Shown here: positions 1 to 10,229 of the stretch, one piece after another
How positions within the stretch are numbered: the first letter of the stretch is position 1
Layout of the letters: the number at the start of each line of letters is the position of its first letter
Assembly (NCBI RefSeq): GCF_964213995.1
Contig: NC_135804.1
Span: forward strand, 69,316,001 to 69,380,000
Reading direction: 5' to 3'
DNA length: 64,000 nt
Source of the DNA: Mustelus asterias
Lineage: Eukaryota
The notes under the pieces: generated by a model
Told to the model about the DNA's origin: nothing
Databases searched by the model: none
What the model saw: only the letters and a program-made list of their open reading frames with translations
Position numbers and translations under genes: made by a program

Positions 1-104
1 CTCTCACCAACTTTTAAAATTCGCCATAGGAAACATTTTTTTCTGGTTGCTTCACAGCTTGGTATGGCTTCTGCTCTATCCAAGACCACAAGAAACTACA
101 AATG

Positions 105-520
105 GCCGTCAACGACGCCCAGCCAATGTTGCAAAGTAACCTCCCATCCATTGACTCCGTCTACACTTCCTGCTGCCTTTGAAAAGCGGCCAGCATAATC
201 AGGGAGCCCACGCACTCCCGACATACACTCTTCCACCTTTTTCCATCGGGAAGAAAGATATAAAAGTCTGTGGTCATCGACCAACCGACTGAAGAACAGC
301 TGCTTTCCCTCTACCATCAGACTTTTGAATAGACCTACCTCGTATTTAGTTGATCTTTCTCTGCACCTTACCGACGAGTGTAACATTACATCCTGCGCCA
401 CCTCCTTTCCTTCTCTATGTACGGTATGCTTTGTCTGTATAGCGCACAAGAAACAATAGTTTTCACTGTATAATAATACATGAGACAATAATAAATCAAT
501 TCAAATCAAATCAAACCAAA
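105..520 (+). mobile_element. Rex1/Babar-type non-LTR retrotransposon, 3' fragment
   Basis: Similar to the copies at 2472-3195 and 54790-57085, which encode the YRCTIE..L.GCI..W C-terminal motif typical of Rex1 ORF2; ends in AATAAA followed by (TCAAA)n. Confidence 0.75.
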
Positions 521-1244
521 TTAATTCCAACTTCCAAATCATTAACAGTATAATGATGACCATGAAACCATTGTCAATTGTTGTAAGAAATCATCTGATT
601 CACTAATGTTCATTAGGGAAGAAAATCTGCCATCCTTAACTGGACTGGCCGACATGTGACGCCAAATCCACAGCAATGTGGTTGACTCTTAAATGGCCTT
701 AAGGTTGGCAATAATCGCTGGCCCAGCGAGCAATGCCCACATCCTGTGAATGAATGAAAGGAATGTATCCACATTAAACTGCATGTGTATGTATATGCCA
801 ACTCTATCAGTCTGTCCAAATCACACTGAAGCATCATTGTATCCTCCACAAAGCTCACCCTCTCACCTGGAAATCATCATCTGTAAATTTCAAGATATTG
901 CATTTAGTTCCCAAATCCAGATCATTCATACGCAATGTGTACAGTTGAGGTCCTCGCATTGATCGCTGCATTGCCCTACCAGTCACTGCCTGCCAACTGA
1001 TAAGAGACCCATTTATTCCAAACTTTGATTTCTTCCTGCCAAACAGCTTTCCCTCCATGTCAAGACACTATCCGCAATCTTAAGCATCTCAACTTTATAT
1101 TGTAGTCTGCTATTTGTGACCTTGTCACAAGATCTCTGAAAATGTAAATAAGCCACTCCCACGTGTTCTCCTTCTTCAATTCTACTCGTCCCATCTTTGA
1201 AGAATTCCAGTAGATTTGGCAAGCATGATTTACTTTCATCGATT

Positions 1245-1524
1245 CAAGTAAGGTTTATTTATTTGTCAAAAGTAGGCTTACATTCACACTGCAATAAAGT
1301 TAGTGTGAAAATCCCCGAGTCGCCACATGCTGGCTCCTGGACACTGAGGGAGAATTTAGCATGGCCAGTTCACATAACCTGCACATCTTTGGACTGTGGC
1401 AGAAAAGCAGAGCACCCAGAGGAAACCCACACAGGGAGAATCCACACAGACAGTGCCCTAGGCCGGAATCGAACTCCGATCCCTGGCGCTGTGAGGCAGC
1501 AGTGCTAACCACAGTACCACCGTG
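1245..1524 (-). mobile_element. tRNA-derived V-SINE with alternative (non-CR1) 3' tail
   Basis: Reverse strand reads GGTGGTACTGTGGTTAGCACTGCTGCCTCACAGCGCCAGGGATCGGAGTTCGATTCC (A/B boxes), then the V-domain, then a tail ...CAGTGTGAATGTAAGCCTACTTTTGACAAATAAA shared with 47368-52760. Confidence 0.8.
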
Positions 1525-1924
1525 TTTGCTTGGCAACATCACTGTTTTCCAAGTGCTGTGCTATGAAATCCCTGATAATGAATTCTAGTAACTTCCCTCC
1601 TACCAACGTTATCCTCACTTATCTATAATTCCCTGTTTTTTTTCTCGAACTCTCTTCTTGAATAGATTGATTAAACGTTATCTAGCCTCCGACCTGTAGG
1701 AACCATGCCAGAGTCCAAATAATTTTGTAAAACGACGAAAGTGGATTTCTATTTAGAGTCCCACTTCCTTAAGTATTCTGAGCTGACGAGTATCCAGCGC
1801 TGGAGATGTTTCCGCCTTCAGTCCCATAAATTTCCACAAAACTATTTCTCTATTAATACTGATCGGTGCAGACTGGAACAATAATTTTCACTGTATTCAA
1901 ATACATGTGGCAAGAATTAATACT

Positions 1925-1995
1925 GGTCGGTGCAGACTCGATGGGCCGAATGGCCTCCTTCTGCACTGTAGGGTTTCTATGATTTCTTTCTATGA
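1925..1995 (+). mobile_element. 5'-truncated HE1-type SINE 3' end
   Basis: GTCGGTGCAGACTCGATGGGCCGAATGGCCTCCTTCTGCACTGTAGGGTTTCTATG matches the tails of the full SINE copies in this window. Confidence 0.85.
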
Positions 1996-2471
1996 TTGTC
2001 TCCGGCTTCTCACTAAAATTAGTGTTGCGAAGAACTTCCGATACATTATTCCTGTCTTCCTTTGTGCAAACAGAAGCAAAGTACACATTTATTTCCTCAG
2101 CCAATTTATTGTTCCACTTTATGAAATTCCCCCTTACTGAATGCAAAGGGCCTACATTCGTTTTTGTTTATCTCTTTTTTTGCATACATTAAAAAACGTT
2201 TACAGTCAGGTTATATGTTCCCCATTAGCTTGCTTTCACGTTATATTTTCTTCCTCTTAATCAATTCCTTGGTCTGCCTTTGCTGAATTTTTAAACTGCT
2301 CCCAATGCACAAGTCTATTTGTTTTTCTTGCGAATTTTTAAGTTTGTTATTTGAATATAAAACAATCTCTAATTTCCCTTGTTGGCCATGGTTCGCCACG
2401 TTCCATATGTACTCTCGCGCAAAATGGGAATACACAACTTTTGGAGTTCACCTGTTCATTCCTTGCATGCA

Positions 2472-3195
2472 TACGATTCTCTCCAATTTTTACAGATGCA
2501 CGATAGAAAACGTGCTTTCCGGATGTATCACAGCTTGCCACGGCTCCTGCTCTGAGCAAGACCGCAAGACGCCCGCTCGGCACCGCAGGGGTTGGGGTGC
2601 GTTATCGACCCTAATAATCACATTTTAATTTGATGTTTTTAAGTTTCCTTTGTACTTTGATTTCTGTTCGGGCTGTTCCCCCTCCTTTTTGGGGAGCTGC
2701 CCCTTTTACTTTGTCCTGACTGAATCTGAGTTTGTTTTTTTGGTTTGACCTACAAAGAGGGCAAGACCGCAAGAAAATATAACGGGTTGTGAACGGAGCC
2801 CAGTCCATCACGCAAACCAGTCTCCCATCCATTGGCTCTGGCTACATTTTCCGTTGCCACAGAAAATCCGACAGCATAATTAAGGAGCCCACGAACCCCG
2901 GACATACTCTCTTGCAACTTCTTCTGTCGGGAAAATGATGAAAAATTCTGAGATCACGTACCAAATGACTCAAGAACACTTTGTTCCCTCCTGCAGCAGA
3001 CTTTTGTATGGACCGACCACATATTAAGTTGATCTTTCTCGACAGCCTAGCTCTGACTGAAACTTAGTCTACACTCTTTTCCTTCCCTTGTTTGCTCCTT
3101 CAGTGGTATGTTTTGTCCGTCTAGGGCGCCTGGAACAATAGTTTTCACTATATTCAAATGCATGTGGCAAGAATAAACCAAATCAAATGAGATGT
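2472..3195 (+). mobile_element. Rex1/Babar 3' fragment
   Basis: Encodes TILSNFYRCTIENVLSGCITACHGSCS (ORF 2305-2628); ends AATAAACCAAATCAAAT. Confidence 0.8.
2570..2760 (+). mobile_element. Tx1-like LINE 3' end inserted in Rex1
   Basis: Matches the 3' UTR of the Tx1 copy at 15592-16229; flanked by the 14-bp direct repeat GCAAGACCGCAAGA (2556-2569, 2761-2774). Confidence 0.75.
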
Positions 3196-3899
3196 TCTTT
3201 TCTCGTTTGTGTTCTTCTTTACTGCCTAATGCTAATCCCAACATTACCACGGCAATTTGGTGTCTGTAAACCATCTCTACGAATGTTTTGTGCCCCTTGG
3301 CGTTTCTCAACGCGACACATGCAGATTCTATATCGTCTGCCATAATATTTTCCTTCAATATTGTATCAATATCTCAGTGAATCAACAGTGCAGCTCCAAC
3401 ACGTTTTCCTCTCTGTCTGTCCTGCCTTAACACTAAACAGCCCTCAGTATTGACTTCCCATCCTTGGGCACCTTGGAGGTGTGTCTCCGTAATCCCAACT
3501 ATATCATATTACTTTACATCTATATGTACAACTAATTCTTCTGCTTTATTTCGAATGCCCCATGCATTCCAGCAAAACCCAATGGCTAGTCTTTCTAACG
3601 TTCCTTGTCCCGTTTCTGTTTTTGTTTATTCTGTCCTGATCTGATTCTGGTCCCTGATTTCTCCACTTATCACTTTTTAAATTCTCCTTGCTGTGTTTTC
3701 CTCTTGTTCTTAATTCCACTTGCTCTGAAAAGTTACAGACGTCGCCATCCCCGCCATATTAGTTGAACCCGCCCCAAACACTCACCAAGTAGCCGCCCCC
3801 TCCCCGTCTCCACCCTCCCTCCCGCCAACCCAACGCACATGCCCAAGCGCATCTGTCTCAGTCCTATTCAGGTATAAACCCTGTTAATAATACAATGGT

Positions 3900-4950
3900 A
3901 ATGATAGCCCCCTCAATTACAGACTCGTCAGTTTGACAACAGTGTTGGCAAGCTTCCAGAAACATTTATTCGCGATAGAAAGAGTAGTCACTGTAGTCAC
4001 TGGAAAAGAAGATGAGTTAAATTGGAAGAGATACCATGGATTTCTGTAGGAACAATCCTGCTTAACGAACTTGCTGCGATGCTTTTATAATGTAACAGAA
4101 ATAATCCACGAGAGTAACGTTTTTGAGGTGACTTAAGGGGACTTCAAAAGGCACTTGTTGAAATTTCACACAACAGACTTGTGAGAAAATTTAAAATTCA
4201 TGAAATAAAAGTGATAGTCTCAAAGTGGTTGCGCAATTGGTTAAATAATTGTAAGCAGTTTAATGGTAATTTTCTCCTCGTTCTTTTTTGTGTATACATA
4301 ATTGAGAGAGCAATTAATAAGGTACATTGTATTCTGGGCTTTATTAAAAGGAACGTGGAGTACAAGAGGAAGGTGGATATGCAGAATTTAGACAAAATAC
4401 CAGTTACACGTCAGCTGGCGTATTGCGTCGTTAATGGACGCCACACGACAGGAAGGATATGAGCACATTGTGAGAGTGCTGGTGGGGTTGACAGTAATTA
4501 TTCCAGGAATGAGAAACGACAGTTATGAGGATAGATTCGACACATTGGGGCTGTTCTCCTCGGAGAAAGGTGGCTCAGAGGAGATTTCATGGAGATTTTC
4601 AACATCATATTGGGCTGGACAGACTAGATAGGCTAAACTGTCTCCGCCCATAAAACGATCAAGAACGAATGGTGACAGATTGAATGTGATTTTCAATAGA
4701 AGCAAATGGAATGCGAGGAAAAACATTTTCAAACAGCCAGTAGTACGGTCCTGGAGTGCATTAGTTGGAATTCTGGTGGAGGCATTTTGAATCGCTGCAC
4801 TCAAAATGACATCAGATGACTATTGAGATAGAAGCAATATGCATGGGTACGGGGAATAGGAAGAGGAATGGAAATAAGTCTGGATTTACTTTTGGACGGC
4901 CCGTGCAGTTATGGTGGGCCAAATTAACTAATTCTCTGCCATACGAGTTG
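3900..4950 (+). mobile_element. Old CR1 RT/3' relic
   Basis: Degenerate NYRLVSLT, SCLTNL, ILGFIKRNVEYK and LGLFSSEK motifs followed by a CR1-type tail. Confidence 0.7.
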
Positions 4951-5281
4951 TCATCGTTGAAAACGATCACAACCATTGTTCCACTGGAGCAAGCAGAGAG
5001 GGAGTGATTTGTGGCAGAAGTGCTGGTGAGCGATTTATTTATTTAGTTAGTGTGTTTTTTACCTTTATTTTTCGAGTAGTTTTTTCTCAACTTTAAACTG
5101 AAAACCGGAAGTTGGCCCCTAGGGAGTCTGGGAAGGATTTTTTTTAAGTGCGCGAAGTATAAAAGGTGGGCTGCAGTATACAGCGGGCAGCGTCGGGAGC
5201 GGGCAGTGGAGTGAATGGGCAGCAGAGTGTGAGATATAAGGGCTTTGGCTCACAGGGCTTTGGGGAACAGGGCGAGCAGGG

Positions 5282-6301
5282 GTGGGTTTTTCACTCTTAT
5301 TTACTTTTCTGTGTGTGCCTTGGTATAAAGGGGCAAATAGGAGTGTGAGGCCAGTGTGTTGCTCCCAGTGTAGGATGTGGGAGGTCCTGGAGGCACCTGG
5401 CCTCCCAGACATCCACATCTGTGAGGGGTGTGTCGAGCTGCGGTTCCTGAGGGACCGTGTTAGGGAGCTGGAACTGCAGCTCGAGGATCTTAGGCTGTTA
5501 AGGGAGAATGAGGAGGTGATAGACAAGAGCTATCATCAGGTGGTCACACCAGGGCCACGGGTGGAGGCCAAGTGGGTGACGGCCAGGAAGGGTAAAGCTC
5601 GGGTGGTTGAGAGCACCCCGGTGGATGTGCCTCTACACAACAAATACTCTTGCCTGAGTACTGCTGGAGGGGACAGCCTGCCTGGGGGAAGCAGCAGTGG
5701 CCGTGTTTCCGGAGTGGAGTCCGGCCCTGTAACTCAGAGGGCTAAGGAAAAGGGGAGGAAGTCAGTGTTAATCGGGGACTCGACAGTAAGGGGGTCGGAC
5801 AGGCGTTTTTGCGGAGGCAGGCAGGAGTCTCGGATGGTGGTCTGCCTCCCTGGGGCCAGGATCCAGGATGTCGCTGGTCGAGTCCCAGAAATCCTGAGGG
5901 GGGAGGGAGAGGAGCCAGAGGTAGCGGTACATATTGGTACCACTGATGTGTGGAGGAAGGGGGAAGGGATCATGAAAAGAGAGTACAGAGCATTAGGGAG
6001 ACAGCTGAGAAGGAGGAAAGCAAAGGTAGTAATCTCAGGATTGCTGCCTGTGCCACGGGAAGGTGAGGGCAGGAATGGAGTGAGGTGGAGGATGAATGTG
6101 TGGCTGAGGGACTGGTGCAGGGGGCAGGTATTCAGGTTCCTGGACCATTGGGATCTCTTCAGGGGAAGGTGTGACCTGTACACAAAACACGGGTGGCACT
6201 TGAATCCCAGGGGGATCAATATCCTGGCGGGAAGGTTGGCTAAGGCTACTGGGGAGAGTTTAAACTCGATAGGTTGGGGGGAGGGGATCGAGACGAGGTG
6301 A
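5282..6301 (+). CDS. CR1 ORF1p: N-terminal CxxC..CxxC zinc finger and coiled coil plus SGNH/GDSL-like esterase domain
   Basis: CCSQCRMW..HICEGC, LRDRVRELELQLEDL, IGDS block, CLPGA, VHIGT and HLNPRG; 339 codons open; true start codon uncertain. Confidence 0.85.
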   Translation: MGFSLLFTFLCVPWYKGANRSVRPVCCSQCRMWEVLEAPGLPDIHICEGCVELRFLRDRVRELELQLEDLRLLRENEEVIDKSYHQVVTPGPRVEAKWVTARKGKARVVESTPVDVPLHNKYSCLSTAGGDSLPGGSSSGRVSGVESGPVTQRAKEKGRKSVLIGDSTVRGSDRRFCGGRQESRMVVCLPGARIQDVAGRVPEILRGEGEEPEVAVHIGTTDVWRKGEGIMKREYRALGRQLRRRKAKVVISGLLPVPREGEGRNGVRWRMNVWLRDWCRGQVFRFLDHWDLFRGRCDLYTKHGWHLNPRGINILAGRLAKATGESLNSIGWGEGIETR

Positions 6302-6401
6302 CTGGGAGTGGGAATTTAGCTCGCAAACAGAGAAGGGTTATAGACAGTGCAAGAGGGAGGGTGGACGGGGGATAGAGAAGGGGAGAGCTCAGACCAAAGG
6401 A

Positions 6402-8476
6402 TTGAGATGTGTTTACTTTAATGCCAGGAGTATAGTGAATCAAGGGGATGAGCTCAGAGCGTGGATCGATGCCTGGAAGTGTGACTTGGATGTCTCAGGG
6501 ACAGGACTGGACACTCCAGATGCCGGGATTCAGATGTTTCAGGAAGGACATGGAGGGTGGCAAGAGAGGGGGTGGAGTGGCACTGCTGATCAGGGATAGT
6601 GTCACAGCTGTAGAGAAGGTGTATGCTGTGGAGGGAATGTCTACAGAGTATCTGTGGGTGGAAGTTCGGAGTGGGAATGGGTCGATCACTTTGCTGGGAG
6701 TTTTCTATAGGCCGCCCAATAGTGACAGGGATGTGGAGGAGCAGATAGGGAAACAGATCCTGGAGAGTTGCAATAATCGCAGAGTTGTTGTGATGGGAGA
6801 CTTTACTTTCCCAAACATAGATTGGAATATCCCTAAGGTTCGGGGATTGGATGGAGAGGAGTTAGTTAGGTGTGTTCAGGAGGGTTTCCTGACACAGCAT
6901 GTGGACAAGCCTACAAGAGGAGAGGCTGTACTTGATCTGACACTGACCAATGAACCTGGACAGGTGTCAGATCTCTCAGTGGGAGAGCATCTTGGGGATA
7001 GCGATCATAACTCTATCTCCTTTATGCTTGCATTGGAAAAAGAGAGGATCAGGCAAGCTAGGAAAGCGTTTATATGGAGTAAGGGGAAATATGAAGAGAT
7101 AAGGCAGCAAATTAGAGGAGTAAATTGGAAGGAGGTATTCTCGGCGAAATATACTGAAGAGAGGTGGCAGTTTTTCAAGGAATGTCTGTCTCGAGTTCTA
7201 CAGGACAACGTTCCGAGCAGACAGGGAGGAGTTGGTAGGTTAAAGGAACCGTGGTGCACGAAAGCTGTGCAGAACCTAGTCGAGAAGAAAAGGGAAGCAT
7301 ACAAAAGGTTCAGAGAGCTTGGCGAAGATAGAGATCTAGACGAGTATATGACTTGGAGGAAGGGACTAAAGAAGGAAATTAGGAGAGCCAGAAGGGGTCA
7401 CGAGAAGGCCTTGGCAGGTAGGATTAAGGAAAACGTAGGCGTTCTATCAATATATGAAGAGTAAAAGGATGAGACGTGAAGGAATAGGGCCGATAAAAGG
7501 TAAAGGCGGGAAAATCTGTATGGAACCAGTAGAAATGGCAGAGGTGCTTCATGAGTATTTTGCCTCGGTTTTCACAGAGGAGAAGGACATGGGTGGATGT
7601 ACTGCGAGCTTGTGGTGGACTGAAAAGATTGAGTATGTAGACTTTAACAAAGAGGTTGTGCTGGAATCTTTGAATGGCATCAAGATAGATAAGTCACCAG
7701 GTCCGGATGGGATGAACCCCAGGTTACTGTGAGAGGCGAGGGAAGAGATTGCAGAGCCTCTGGCGATGATCTTTGCGTCGTTGATGGAGACGGGAGAGGT
7801 GCCGGAGGATTGGAGGATTGCGGATGTTGTTCCTATTTTCAAGAAGGGGAATAGGGATAGCCCAGGAAATTACCGACCGGTGAGTCTAACCTCAGTGGAT
7901 GGTAAGCTGATGGAGAAGATCCTGAGGGATAAGATTTATGAGCATTTAGAGAGGTTCAGTATGCTCAAGAATACTCAGCATGGCTTTGTCAATGGCAGAT
8001 CGCGCCTTACGAGCCTGGTGGAGTTCTTTGAAAATGTGACAAAACACATTGATGAAGGGAAAGCGGTCGATATGCTTTATATGGATTTTAGCAAGGCGTT
8101 CGATAAGGTCCCCCATGCAAGGCTTCTAGAAAAAGTGAGAGGGCATGGGATCCAAGGGGCTGCTGCCCTGTGGATCCAGAACTGGCTTGCCCAAAGGAGG
8201 CAGAGAGTGGGTATAGATGGGTCTTTTTCTCAATGGAGGTCGGTCACCGGTGGTGTGCCCCAGGGATCTACTCTGGGACCCTTGCTGTTTGTTATTTTCA
8301 TAAATGACCTGGATGAGGAAGTGGAGGGATGGGTTGGTAAGTTTGCCGATGACATGAAGGTTGGTGGGGTTGTGGATAGTCTGGAGGGATGTCAGAAGTT
8401 ACAGAGGGACATAGATAGGATGCAAGACTGGGCGGAGAAGTGGCAGATGGACTTCAACCCAGATAAATGCGTAGTG
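6402..8476 (+). pseudogene. CR1 ORF2 (APE endonuclease + reverse transcriptase), frameshifted and truncated
   Basis: YFNARS, GVFYRPP, MGDF, SDHN, NYRPVSLTS, DFSKAFD, GVPQGS and KFADD spread over several frames, with a stop at about 7730. Confidence 0.93.
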
Positions 8477-8479
8477 TAT

Positions 8480-9780
8480 GCTCCCTGCTACTCAGGATGT
8501 GTGCTGAACATAAGTGATTTGATTGAAGCATCATTGATCTTATTAAAATTTCTCTTATCCAGCTAAGTACTTTGATTTCAGGCCCATGACTCTAATTTGC
8601 CATAACGATCTTAAGTTGAACAGATTTATGATCACTGTCTGCAATATGCTCCCCCATTGATACTGCAACCACTTCCTCGGTTTTGGTTAAATTTAAAATG
8701 ATGGCCAGAACCCTCTCTTGCAGGCCCTTCTAGGTCCTGGCTTAAAAGGTTACGCTGCATGCATTTTAAGAATTCTGCTCCATCTAACCAATTCATAATA
8801 TGGCTGCCCCAGATCATGCTCCGGCCGTTGAAATCCCCCACTATCAATATCGTATTGCTTTTACACTTCTCTGGAATTTCCCTCCATATCTGCTCTTCTA
8901 TTTCTCTCACACTGTTCGAGGGCTGTTGTAGTTGATCCGCTGATCAAAATCGTGGCATACCCTTCTCTTTCACATCCTTTGCTGTCTCACAAGATGTTAC
9001 TATATCATTGCAATATTGACCAGGCAATGCCACACATCTCTGTACCATGTCCCAGTGAGAGCAATGAAAAATACCAACATGTTTTAGTTTGTGTCCTCAA
9101 CTCCAATTCATTGTTCATCAGACTCCATGCATTGAAATATATACAATCCAATCATGCCAATCTATCTTTTGCCTGAATTCGTCATAGAGTCAAAGAGGTT
9201 CACAGCATGGAAACAGGCCCTTTGACCCAACTTGTCCATGCCGCCCTTTTTTTAAAACCCCTAAACTAATCCCAATTGCCCACATTTGGCCCATATCTCT
9301 CTATATCCATCGTACCCATGTAACTATCTAAATGCTTTTTAAAAGACAAAATTGTCCCCGACTGTAACACTACCTCAGGCAGCTTGTTCCAGACACTCAC
9401 TGCCGTCTGTGTGAAAGAAATTGATCTAAAACATCTATGCATTCCTTACTGACTTGCTTTGTTTTCTAATTCTCTCTGTGCATCGCTCCCTACTGAGAAT
9501 TCAGTCAAGACCCCATCCCCTTTCCAACTTAGTATAAACCTATATCAAGAACACTAACATCCCTGTGAGGTTTCTGCTCCAATTTCAGCTCAGGCGCAAA
9601 ACATCCTCCTTGAGCAGATCCCAAAATCCACAAACATTGTCCCAAATCGGCTAAATCCATCCGTCCAGCATTATCTCTCCAGCCACATATTCAACTGGAC
9701 TAACCTCCTATTTTTTTATACTCACTATCACGGGGCATCAAAAGTCATCCAGAGATTATCTATGAATACACAAACAACGA
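8480..9780 (-). mobile_element. Old CR1 endonuclease/ORF1 relic with a nested CR1 3' tail (9183-9420)
   Basis: EIEEQIWREI..KC....IVGDFN (ORF 8632-8910); the nested tail is the reverse complement of the tail at 14640-14828. Confidence 0.65.
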
Positions 9781-9832
9781 AGTGGCTCAGAGATTAGAAA
9801 ATGCTACAACTGACATTCCATTTTTTAAAAAT

Positions 9833-10171
9833 GGGCGGCACGGTAGCACAGTGGTTAGCACTGCTGCTCCACAGCTCCATGGGCCTGGGTTCGATTCCTG
9901 GCTTGGGTCACTGTCTGTGTGAAGTTTGCACATTCTGCTCGTGTCTGCGTGGGTTTCCTCCGGGTGCTCCAGTTTCCTCCCATAGTCCAAAGATGTGCGG
10001 GTTTGGTTGATTGACCATGTTAAAAATTGCCCCTTAGTGTCCTGAGATGCGTAGATTAGAGGGTTTAGCGGGTGCAATATGTAGGGATACGGGGGTAGGG
10101 CCTGGGTGAGATTATGGTCGGTGCAGACTCGATGGGCCAAATGGCCTCTTTCTGGACTGCAGGATTTCTAT
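9833..10171 (+). mobile_element. HE1-type V-SINE (tRNA head, V domain, CR1-derived tail)
   Basis: GGGCGGCACGGTAGCACAGTGGTTAGCA..GGTTCGATTCC head, GTGGGTTTCCTCCGGGTGCTCC core and GATGGGCC..ATGGCCT tail. Confidence 0.9.
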
Positions 10172-10229
10172 TAACATCTGCATCCTGTTTTTTTAACTGC
10201 TTCTCAGATCCCTAACTTCTACTTAACAG

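Larger units (their letters stand above)
770..3830 (-). mobile_element. Old CR1 LINE relic (endonuclease-RT), interrupted by younger insertions
   Basis: Minus-strand fragments NLLEFF..TSRIEEG..V.V.Y..F...DKV (1013-1222), KFTDD (855-1058), AEEINVYFASVCTKED (1853-2146) and an endonuclease-like fragment (3047-3358). Confidence 0.75.
5000..8476 (+). mobile_element. CR1 LINE with 5' UTR, ORF1 and 3'-truncated ORF2
   Basis: 5' UTR with AACCGGAAGT motif, open ORF1, then APE endonuclease and RT fragments; similarity to the sister copies stops abruptly at about 8476. Confidence 0.95.

Noticed and set aside
9833-9905. tRNA-like A/B box sequences at SINE heads
   Set aside because: They continue into the V domain and LINE tail in many copies, so they are SINE heads rather than tRNA genes.
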